In this document: piece after piece, positions 1 to 10,726 of the stretch | How the letters are laid out: every line of letters starts with the position of its first letter | How positions within the stretch are numbered: the first letter of the stretch is position 1 | Assembly: GCA_048213135.1 (NCBI GenBank) | Contig: PS015203.1 | Span: 118,670 to 138,669 of the forward strand | Reading direction: 5' to 3' | Origin: Reclinomonas americana ATCC 50394 | Lineage: Eukaryota | Length of the DNA stretch: 20,000 nucleotides | Position numbers and translations under genes: made by a program | The notes under the pieces: generated by a model | What the model was told of the DNA's origin: nothing | Database searches by the model: none | Seen by the model: only the letters and a program-made list of their open reading frames with translations

Positions 1-3000
1 CAACGCCATTCAACACACAGCACACCAGTCGCACAATCAGCCGCTGCACTCGTGACACTGCATCGCCACATCGTCCCGCAATCCACCCAGCAATCTCGTC
101 GTGCACTCGATACTCCATCACCACGTTGCTCTCCCTCACTTGCTCACCACACAACACACGAGCCACACTGTCCATGCTGCCACTGACACCCACCGCCATC
201 AGATTCGACAAGCACAGACCCTCCAGCACCTCCTCCACTCCGTCGTCACCACCGCCCACCAACTCATCACGCCGTGCACGCACTCGCTGCTCCTCCTCCT
301 CACTCAACTCGTCAAACTGCAGTCGCCCACCTACCGCCTCGGGCGCACGTCGTCGCCTCTGCCGTGCCAGCTCATGCAGTCGCAGTCGACGCACACACTG
401 ACTCAACTCCACCAGTCGACCTGCCGCTTCCTCATCTTCATCACCATCACCATCCACAACCACCGCCACATCGGGTATCACTCGCAGCACACCCAGTGCC
501 ACTCGTGCGAGTGCAGCAGTCACTGGCAAGCCGAGTTCCTTGCACGCCGTGATCAACACCAACAGACGACGCGCTGCTGCTGTCTGTGACATCACATTGC
601 GCTCCAGCAGCTGCGACAGCGCGTCGCCACCAATGCCACTCAGCACCTCCTCCAGTCGCGCGCCCACCAGGTGCGCTGGCGACTGGGACAGCAACCAGCT
701 GCATGCCAGAAGGGAGAGAGAAGAGTGAGTCTTCCCATCCACACCACTCTCCCACGCACTCAAAGCACTCACCCAATACAACCACTCACTCGCAGTGCAC
801 TCTTCTCCTGTTGTCCACTCTCCAGCGCTTCCACGATCCGTTTTCGTACATCCTGTGACACCTTGTGGAGCAGTCGCTCCTCCACCAGCTGCACAATATC
901 CTCGTTCTCCACGCTCTCCACTCGCACGCACTCGACCTCTGCCTCGTAAACCATCGAGTCACGAATCTCATCAGCCACTCGCTCATACCGACTCGTCACC
1001 ACGACGACCGGTGCCACCATTCCATCTGATGATGCACATCAAGTCAGGATCCAACATCCAAGCAAGAATGAGAGTTCTCTCTCATGAAATACACACCCTC
1101 ATCAGCACATTGAACAACATTCCTCACTTGCTCCGCCGATCCCACATTGTCCAGCACCATCACTCCACTCGATGCATGCATCAGCTGTCGCAGCAGTCGA
1201 CGTGCTGGCTCCACCTCGCCACTTGCCAGCAGCGCATCCACCTGACCGGCCATCCTTCTTCCCTCTACTTCATCCACACGCATCTGCGCCATCACAAAGG
1301 CACGAAGACACTCGCCAAGGGCACTCTCCGCCTACAGAATGTAGCAGGGAGAGAGAGTCAGAATGACAGTAGAAGGAGACGACGAAGCACGAATGACGAC
1401 ATGCATGTTCCATCAGCACACACCTTCACATGTTCCCTCGCATCGCCCACATGACCACGCATCTCCACCGACACGGCCGATCCCTTCCATCGACGAGTCG
1501 CCTGCAACTCGGTCACCAGCAGCTCCGCCAGGAACGACTTACCAGTGCCACCGTCACCCGTCAGCACCACCATGATTGGTTGATGGGCTGCACAAGAAAT
1601 CATCAACCACCAGACAACATGATGAGGCACACGAATGTGGAAGAAGGAGGGGAGAAGGAGAAGGAACACCCAACCTTCCACAGCGTCCACAATGCGTGTG
1701 GCGAGCGAGGAAGCCAGTGCACGCCGACTCGGGAAGCGGAATGTGGTCACCGGATTGACGGTGCGGGCGATAAGCGATGTCTTGGGTGGGCGGCTGCTGT
1801 CTAGTGCTGAGTGCCACAGAGGAGTGAGTGTATGAGCAGCAATGCACATTCAATGCAGATCTATCATGGCGCGCACCTGCAGCTGAGGGAGAAGAGGGAG
1901 AGATGCTCATTGTGTCAAATCGTTGGTGCATTTCCATTCGCATCTGATAAATGACAAGCAAGTGAGAAACTGATAGGTATCTGAAAGTTACCGCCTCATG
2001 AAAATCCACTCAACTTGCTCCATTTGTGCTAGCAGCAACGGCCGGTCCGCCTGACTCAGCGCACCTGCATTCACACACAACCAAGAGAGCATCAGCATCC
2101 ACATTCAATCCAAACACAAACAAGCATCAGCCATCTGTCTCTCTCCACTCACCATCACGAGCCTCGTTCAGCTGCACCACCAATTCTTCCTCCACATCCC
2201 TGCCAATCTGCAGCTGCCGCACAAGCTGATGCAGCTCGCCCTCTCCTCCTCCTCCTCCGAGCAGAGGCACAAAGAGTGCACGTGCTCGTGCTGGACTCGC
2301 TTGCTCAAACACCTCCCTCATTCGGTCAATCGCATTGCGCTGAGGCAATGAGAGAGTGAGAAACATAATCACACAGAGAGGGAGATCACACTCTTCCTCC
2401 TCCTTCCCATCTCGCCTCCCTCTACACACTCACCACATCACCAGCTGGAATCAGACGATCCGGCTCGTCTCGCGGGTGCTCTCGATGACCCGCCAGCAGC
2501 AAGATCGAGCAGCACAGCATCGCACCAAATGAACTGCAGTCGTGCAGCAGGCCTCGCTGACGCCACTCGCGCACCAGCTGACGCTCCTTCTCGTTCAACT
2601 GGACACATTTGGCCACTCCGTCTGGCATGGTGCTGCGCGTGGGGAAAGGGACAAACAAAGAGAGGATGCTGGCGAGTGAGGGAGATGTGCGACAAGAAAA
2701 AGGGGATTCATCAGGGATGGAATGTGGAGTCGTGTGGTGAAATAATGAAGAGTGAGAGATGGGGAGAAAGGGTGACCAGTGCAGTCACTATCTGCCACTT
2801 TCTAGCAATCTTCTCTCTTCTCTCTCTCACTCATTCACATCTCCATCTGCATCCTGCCATCGTGTGCTTCCACATCATCCCCACACACTCACCGCACATC
2901 ACGCTCACTCGGCGCCTTGCACCACTCGGCAACATGATTCACACCGGGATATGAATCGAGAAACGCCGGCAGCACTTGCTCGAGTTTGGATTGCAAAGCG

Positions 3001-3273
3001 CGGGTGCATGGATGAGACAGTGCCTTGGCAAGGCGAATCACGCATTCCTCATCACCAGCATCGTGATCATGACTGCACGGGAGAGGAGAGTGACAGGGAA
3101 CGGATCACACACACACACACACACACATACACATACACACACACACATACACATACACACACACATACACACACACAGTGTGAGAACGATGATGATGATG
3201 ACGATGATGCATCTGACAACAACATAATGAGGGAGACACGCAACTCACGCGGCACTCCACTCCCACTCGCCAT
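1..3273 (-). CDS. NLR-like STAND NTPase paralogue B (3' end outside window) with an N-terminal putative HEPN_DZIP3-like module
   Basis: Hand-spliced exons with consistent phases: 3273-~3245, 3072-2893, 2632-2434, 2339-2153, 2064-2015, 1943-1877, 1800-1675, 1587-1424, 1331-1097, 1025-773, 698-<1. Walker A VVLTGDGGTGKS, Walker B GVMVLDN, sensor-1 VVVVTSR. From 1800 downward it is colinear with paralogue A. The exon-1 donor is uncertain. Confidence 0.8.
3106..3177. repeat. (CA)n/(CATA) microsatellite in intron 1 of paralogue B
   Basis: Directly visible. Confidence 0.95.
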
Positions 3274-3334
3274 GATGATGTGTCACAATACAAGAACAAC
3301 ACCAGCACGATGCACCGAGGAGCACGCTCTCTTT

Positions 3335-3373
<39 letters not shown>

Positions 3374-3520
3374 TTGTCACAATACGAAGCGGAGAAATGC
3401 AACAACTCACTCTCCTTCCTTTCCTCTCTCACACACGCACGCACAGTGGAAAAAGGCACTTACACAGAGCAGAAACAAGAACAAACACGCACTGCTCACA
3501 CGCTGGTTATTTACACAATT

Positions 3521-3539
3521 GTGGGACATGACTTCGTCG
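3521..3539. promoter_or_regulatory. Conserved upstream element of paralogue B
   Basis: The 19-mer gtgggacatgacttcgtcg is identical at 8184-8202; both lie ~250-300 bp upstream of the paralogue ATGs within diverged flanks. Confidence 0.5.
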
Positions 3540-3745
3540 GTGTGTGCATTGCTTGCCTACAACACAGAGCAGCGAGCCGACGAGGAGAGATACTTGGTAC
3601 CCGATACTTGTGCTCACAGATGTGGCATGGTGCACGCGCCGGTGGAATCATCGGGGTAACACGACGACGTCGCAAAGGCGTTCACGGAGAAGAGAGGATC
3701 GGCTTGTAACAAACAAAACACTTCATTCACCGGTACCACAATTAT

Positions 3746-6700
3746 TCACTGCTTCACGCCGGCTTCTCTAGCACGCCGCCGGCACTCGGCCAGTGCAGCA
3801 ACGGCCGCCATTGTATCGGAATGGCCTTCATCAAGGACCTTTTCCATACCACGCACACACTCCACCAGCAGCGCCTCCGCCTCGGCCCACCGCTGGTGCC
3901 TCATGAGCATGTCACCATAGTTACACATCGTCTCCAAAGTCTCTACATGCATTCTTCCAAGTACCACTCTATGTCCCTCCAAGCACTCTCGGTACAAATC
4001 TGCAGCTTCTGCCAGTGATTCCGGCGTGTTTTGTCGTTCCAGAGCATCAGCAAGATTGTTCATCGAGATGAGAGTGTCTGGATGCCGATCTCCCAGTTTC
4101 GAACGCGACAACTGCAAAGACTGTCTCTCAAGTTGAATCCTTTCCGCCAGACGACTGTCATCTTGAATAGATGCAGCAAGATTGCCCATGGACACCAAAG
4201 TGTCGAGATGCTCATCACCGAGAACCGATTGTCGCATGTCAAAGCATCGTCGGAAGACAGCTTCCGCATCGGTATATCCGCCGATATTAAAGTGATATTT
4301 GCCCTGCCAGTACATGGCCAATAGCGAGTCCGGATGACTGTCACCCAGTGTCGCACGCTGCCGCTCATGACACAGCACCAGTTGAGACAAGTTGTTTGAA
4401 TAGAATGCACACCACATCAAGCACCGCAACGTGTCAATCTTATCTAGCACAGTCATCTCGTCACCGTGATCTCTCTCCCACTCTTCGCACAGACGCCACG
4501 CCTGCTGCCACGCCGCTTTGCAATCAGCAGCCCGACGGAGCAACAACCAAGCTTGGCACTTTTCTGAAGCAATCGCTAATCGTCGTCGCAGTGGACTGAT
4601 CTCAACATCACCATCTTCACCTTCTCCACATTCTGACACTCGTCGCACAAGCAATGAGGCCACTGCGTCGTCAAATCCAACAGATGGCAATTTTCCTCCG
4701 ACACACTGCAAACCGATCCATCCCAAAGCTACACACTGTCCCAGCAACCCATTCACACCAACAGTATCACTCGCCCACATGTCGTCGTCGTCGCCCAACC
4801 TTCGCCACACAGTGTTCAGTACACTAAGCAAGTCACGCGACACCAAAAGCACACCATCACTGTCGTTTAGTGTATCAATGCCATTCAGCACACAACACAC
4901 CAGTCGCACAATCAGCCGCTGTGTCCTGGATACAGCATACTCCCACCGTCCAACAATCCACCTAGCAATCTCGTTGTCAACTTGATACTCAACAACAACA
5001 CCGCTCCGTTGCTCAATCGAGCCACACAGTATTTGGGCCAAACTATCCATGCTGCCACTGACTTCCACCGTTACCAGATTCGAGACGCACAGACCCTCAA
5101 GCACATCCTCCACTCCGTCGTCCTCACCACCACCACCACCCACCAACTCATCACGCCGTGCACGCACTCGCTGCTCCTCCTCCTCACTCAACTCGTCAAA
5201 CTGCAGTTCCTCACCCACCACCTCACGCGCATACCGTCGCCTCTCTCGAGCCAGCCCATGCAGTCGCAGTCGGCGAACACACTGACCCAACTCTACCAAC
5301 CGGGTTGCCGCCTCCTCATCTTCATCCGCAGCAGCCTGCCTACTATCACCACCGTCATCAGGAATCGCCAAATCGGGAATTACCCGCAACACACCCAGAG
5401 CCACTCGTGCAAAGCCTGGTGTCACTGGCAAGCCGAGTTCCTTGCACGCCGTGATCAGCACCAACCGACGACGTGCTTCTGCTGTCTGCGACATCACATT
5501 GTGTTCCAGCAGCTGCGACAGCGCCTCTTCACCAACGTCACGCAGGACTTCTTCCAGTCGTGCGCCGACCAGCTTTCCTGGAGACTGCGCATGCGACAGC
5601 AACCAGCTGCACCACAAGGAGAAGAGAGAAGAGTTAGGCATCACATCCACACCACTCTTACTCACCCAATCACTTACTTAACACAAGCGCTTACTCGCAA
5701 GGCACTCTTATTCTGCTGTCCGTTCTCCATCGCCTCCACAATCCGCCGTCGCACCGCTCCCGAAACCACTCCACGAAGTCGCTCTTCCACCAATTGCACA
5801 ATATCTTCTTTCTTCACATCCTTCACTTGCTCGCACTCCACAATTGCATGATGTTCCATCGAGTCACGAATCTCATCCGCCAACCACCCATGTCGACTCG
5901 TAACCACCACAATCGGTGCAACCAGTCCATCTGCACGTAGAAACACAGACACACACACGATGGACAAAAGGTCAGGACCAAACATCCAAGCAAGAATGGA
6001 TTTCTCTCTCACGCACACGCACCCTCGTCAGCACATTGAACAACATTCGTCACTTGCTCTGACGATCCCACATCGTCCAGCACCAATACTCCACTCGATG
6101 CATGCATCAGCTGTCGCAGGTGACGACGTGCTGGCTCCACCGCACTACTCGCCAGCAGCGCATCTACCTCACCGGCCATCCTTGGTCCCTCCTGTGTATC
6201 CACTCGCATCTTCGCCGTCACAAACGCACGCAGACACTCGCCCAGAGCACGCTCCGCCTGCAGCGCATGTCAAGAGAGACCAAGTCAGAAAGGCAACAGA
6301 AGGATCTCAGATGGTGCTTCAGGAAAGACAACATGCACCTTCACATGCTCTCTCGCATCACCCACATGGCCTCGCATCTCCACCTGCACGGCAGATCCTG
6401 TCCACCGACCGGTGGCCTGCAACTCGGTCACCACAAGGTCGGCCAGGAACGATTTGCCAGTGCCACCATCACCCGTCAGCACTACAATAATTGGACGTCT
6501 TGCTATAGACGTACATCGTCATCAAAGACAATTTGATAAGACAAATGAGTGTGGAAAAGAAAGAAAGACGGAAACGACCAACCTTCAGCAGCACACACTA
6601 TGCGTTCTGCAAGTGAGATTGCCAATGCACGGCGACTGGGGAATCGGTAAGTAGTCACTGGATTGATGATGCGGGCAATGAGCGGTGACCGAAGTACTGT

Positions 6701-7888
6701 GGCATCGAGTCAGTAACTGAGCACTGTAGAGTCCGTGCACCAGTGCAAATGTTGCTTGATACATGTACAGATAGTTTCTCTGCTGCTCACCTGGATGCAA
6801 GCGCAACCGAAACACGTTGAGCGCATACTCGGACAACCTGTGCCGCTGTACGGGTTCTTGTTGTCGGTCCAGTGGTTGCGCGTTGGGAATCAGAAGCCTG
6901 ACTTGTTCGTGCCAATCATGCAGCGGCAAGTGCCCGTGGCTATTGATGGCCGCAACGAGCGCTTGCGCATATGGCGATGTGTAAACTGCAACGCACCGAA
7001 CTTGCGCACGTCAGAAAAACCAGTAAACGGTACGACGGAATTCTAGTCGTGACGCACCGCCCTCGTATGCTTCCCAGCCGTGATAGCAAGCAAAACTAAC
7101 AAACACGTTTTGTGCCAGAACGCTCTCCTCAATCGGGCCCACACCTTGTTGGAAGATGCTTCGCCCAGGCGCACAGAGAACAAGTGAGAAACAACAACAC
7201 AAGCATCGCTCTGCAAAAACGTCTCACACCTATCGAAGGAACGACAACAGTTCGTTAACAAGACGATTACTGTGCGCGTTGACGCTTTCTGGCGCAGTTG
7301 GTTCATGCAGTTCGCGATAAGCTTTAGCGACGTTTTCCCTTTCATCTGTGCAGCTCGGGTCAATCCAAGACCCAGACAAAAAATCTGGGGAGGAAACAAA
7401 CTCACCAAACTATCTTTTGAGACACTGTTGACGTTGCTCGGAAGAAGCAGCAGGTCGCCGTTGATCGCAAGACCATGACCAGAGAAGAACAGCAGCACGC
7501 ATTCGCACTCCCCATTCACCTCCGTGGCTACGAACTCGTCAAGCACAGAGTTCATGGCATTGCCTTCCACATCGATACAAGGTGGGCTGACATGAAAGCC
7601 AATTCCAGCAAGCACTGGCTGCAACAGAGCTGCGCGATGCCAAGCAAATGTCAAGCACTGTCGGCTGACTGACATTCGAACGATTACGCACCCACATCAT
7701 GCGGGGGGTTACTCAGGGACCCAAACTCTCCTTCACCGTCGCAAGTGTTGCCAATGAGTAATGCCACACGCTTGTGTTGCCTGAAACAAAGACAGAGATC
7801 GTGTGAATACATAGCTCGCACAGAGATCTGACAACAACACAACGACAGTGACACGCAACTCACGCGGCACTCCACTCCCACTTGCCAT
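3746..7888 (-). CDS. NLR-like protein A: caspase-fold (peptidase C14) domain + STAND/NB-ARC-like NTPase + kinesin-light-chain-type TPRs
   Basis: Exons: 7888-~7860, 7780-7692, 7629-7406, 7345-~7229, ~7150-7058, 6985-6791, 6696-6583, 6502-6339, 6257-6023, 5930-5678, 5606-3746 (TGA). Caspase motifs KRVALLIGN, LSNPPHDV, LFFSGHG, LLLLP, VLLTNCCR, FVSFAC..G..AYEG, SPYAQAL, QQEP. NTPase motifs GDGGTGKS, VLVLDD, IVVVTSR. C-terminal LG..HPDTL repeats. The exon-1 junction and one internal junction are ambiguous. Confidence 0.88.
3790..4348 (-). repeat. About 4.5 coding TPR units of ~42 aa (KLC / TPR_10-12 type)
   Basis: LGDSHPDSL, LGDEHLDTL, LGDRHPDTL, LGRMHVETL and LDEGHSDTM recur at 42-45 aa spacing in ORF 3746..5665. 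Confidence 0.9.
6791..7780 (-). other. Caspase-like (C14, orthocaspase/paracaspase-type) domain of protein A, spread over 5 exons
   Basis: Catalytic His codon 7477-7475 (FSGHG) and Cys codon 7246-7244 (NCCR); p20-like and p10-like motifs occur in the expected order after splicing. Confidence 0.85.
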
Positions 7889-7938
7889 GATGATGCGTCA
7901 CAACAAGAATAACAGCAGCACCGGTGCACAGGGGGAAT

Positions 7939-7974
<36 letters not shown>

Positions 7975-8183
7975 CTCTCTCTCTCTCTCTCTCACTCAAT
8001 AACACACTGGGAAATCAAAAAACACACTGAATGCTCTCCTTTTCTCTCTTGCGCACACGCACGCAGTTGGGAATGCCAGTGAGACAGACAGGCAGAGAAC
8101 ACGCAAGCTCACTGCTGCTCAACAGCAGCAAACCAGTCGACCAAGTCGCAAACGACTCGAGTCTCGCAAACGAAACGACTCTC

Positions 8184-8202
8184 GTGGGACATGACTTCGT
8201 CG
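8184..8202. promoter_or_regulatory. Conserved upstream element of paralogue A
   Basis: Exact match to 3521-3539. Confidence 0.5.
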
Positions 8203-8393
8203 ACGTCGGTAGGAGCGTTGGTTCAGAAGTCAGGAACAGCACGTCGCCGAAGCGAAAAGTGATGGCGTGCTGCATCCAGCGGCCCGCGCTGGCTGTTGAC
8301 ACACACAGTCACAAACATGTCTTCTGTCGACGTGCACGACGACAACTTCGCTGGGAGTGCTGGTCATCATTTCTCCAAACAGTCTAGTTTCTT

Positions 8394-10601
8394 TCACTTT
8401 TTCACAAGCTGATCCGCCACCAACCACAACCCCGTCTCCTGCATGATCTCCACCTTGGTAATTACCCGCCCCAACACATGTACGACGGTGACGCCAAAGC
8501 CTTCCACCGACTCCGGCAGCAAATCGTTCTGCAGCAGCGACGCGAATCCCAGCGGACTGGTCACTTGCCGCATGTCGAACCAGTCGACACGCAGTCGGCC
8601 GAGTCGCGTGTGGTAGTCCAGCGAGAAGTTGAGCAGATCCTGCTCGTTCCACGTGGACCAGTGCACATCCAGGATGCCAATCATGTACGCCATCAGGCGC
8701 AATGAGTACACGGTCGGGCGTACGGCCAGCACGCCGCTGTTGATGCAAAAGTGGCGCTGATGTTCCTGACAGGCGGCGTATCGCTGAAAGGGAGACGAAG
8801 AGGAAAGAGAGTCAGAAAAGGAGAAAAGCATGGAGGAGAAGACGAAGAGGAAAGACAGTCAGAAAAGGAGAAAAGCATGGTGGAGACGACAAGGAGAGAG
8901 GTACTTCAGGGAAAGGAGAAAACCACGGAAGAGACGGGAGGTGCATCAGGGAAAGGAGAAAAAGCAAGGCGTTTGTAATCACAAACGTGTCGACAGCCAA
9001 TGAACCGGAACTCATGTGAGAGCGCAAACAATGGAGAATGCGAAACTGGTGATTCTAAAGACAGCACGCAACACACAAGAGAGTCTACGCGAATGGATAC
9101 AATGTGCAAACGGAAGCATGTTATATGACAATGCAGAAAGAAAATCGCCTTCTCCCTCACCCTCACCCTCACCCTCCCCTCCAACTCACCCACGACCCCT
9201 CCTCCGACGTACACGTCCCCGGTCCGACACTCCACGGCGCACGCACCCGCATCACCGGCGACAGCTTCACAAAATTGTCGGGATTGCAACTGCCGCAGCA
9301 GTCCGACATGACCCACACATCCGGCTGCACCGACGCCGCCGCACCGCGCAGCTGCGCCATCAACCGCAAGTCGTCCACCACCGGCGCATCGGCATCGGCG
9401 TGGAACGCCACAAAGCCACAGCGCAGGAGCAGGTACACGTAGAGCTCCTTCAGATTGATCTCGCCATGGAATCCCTCGGCCGCCATGCCCTTGCCAACGT
9501 GCCTGCCGCAAGAAAGGATGAGCAAAAAAGCACGCGCTCATCTTTCTCCTTCCCTCAGCGCACCACTGCGTCTCATCGAGAATGGCAACGGTGGGGAACA
9601 CATGACCGAGGTGCGCCACCACAATCTTGTGCGTGAACTGGTCGGCGCACACCACCAGCGGCAAGTGGCCGGGGTGCGAGCGCACGAAATGCGCCACCCA
9701 GTTAGCCAGCACCAGTACCCACGCCTGCCGCTGCTTCTCTGTCGCTGACGGCAACAAGAAGAACGTGGTGAAGACCACCATGCGCTCCCCATTTTCCAGC
9801 GTCAGCACAAAGTCGCCGTTGTGCAGGAGGTGGTGGTGGAGGCGGCGGAGGGCGTCGGCATTTTCGCGATACGCACTCGGCGGCGGGAAAAGGCCCAGCG
9901 GTTGCGGAGCATCGCTGTGGCCGAGTGCGGCTGCCGTCTCGGCGAGCACCGCGCGCGAGGTGAGTGCCGTCCACAGCACCTGCTCCGCCTGGAAGCACAA
10001 CGCCGAGGGGATGAATTCGGGTCGGAAGCGGCTGCCGGCGGGCGGCTGCATGCGATTGGGGAGGGGTGGTGGTTCGGCGATCGAGGCGCGCACCGAAAAG
10101 TCGGGGCCAATGTGTGAGCAGTCGCAGGTGGGTGGCGGGAGGCTTCCTGTGGGACATGAGGGAAAGGAGAGGGTAAGAGGGAAAGGTGGAGGGTATGAGG
10201 GAAAGGAGGGGGAGTGGGAGTGTGAGAGGGAGGGTAAGAGGGAAAGTTGAAGGGGAGGGAGAGCGGAGTGGAGAGAGGAAAGAGGGAGAGGGAGTGGGAG
10301 ATAGAAAAGGGGGGAGGGAAAAGTTAGAAGGGAGAATGAAAAGAATAAGGAGAGGGAGAGGGAGAGGGAGAGGGAGAGGGAGAGGGAGAGGGAGAGGGAG
10401 AGGGACAGTGAACAGGGTAAGAGAGACCGACAGATTGGAAAACAGAGGGTCAGTGAGGGAGCGGGAGAGAGGCAGCTACGCGTGACAGAGGGATAGACAG
10501 ACGGAGAGAGATCCATAGACGATACTGCTAGTTGTGGCAGGAGACGGAGAAAAAGAAAGAAAAGAGACACAAGGCAGGCAAATAGACGGTCAGTGAGAAA
10601 G

Positions 10602-10677
<76 letters not shown>

Positions 10678-10680
10678 GTC

Positions 10681-10726
<46 letters not shown>

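Noticed and set aside
1989-2014. Apparent stop or frameshift in the paralogue B linker
   Set aside because: Resolved by the phase-0 GTTGAG donor at 2014, giving MEQ|MRMEMHQRFD; still needs RNA confirmation.
3790-4348. Calling ORF 3746..5665 a kinesin light chain
   Set aside because: Only the TPR type matches; the upstream exons encode a STAND NTPase and a caspase, not a KLC heptad region.
101-6536. Plus-strand His/Gln/Thr-rich ORFs (101..589, 795..1454, 4982..5851 and others)
   Set aside because: Antisense shadows of the minus-strand NLR exons with no recognisable motifs.
7684-7691. Apparent premature stop in the caspase domain (HDVGA*), suggesting a pseudogene
   Set aside because: The stop lies within a 62-nt GT-AG intron (7691-7630); splicing restores HDVALLQPVL.
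10480-10540. Possible extra glycosyltransferase exon (AVSSMDLSPSVYPSVT)
   Set aside because: Weak donor, and the flanking exons already join in phase without it.
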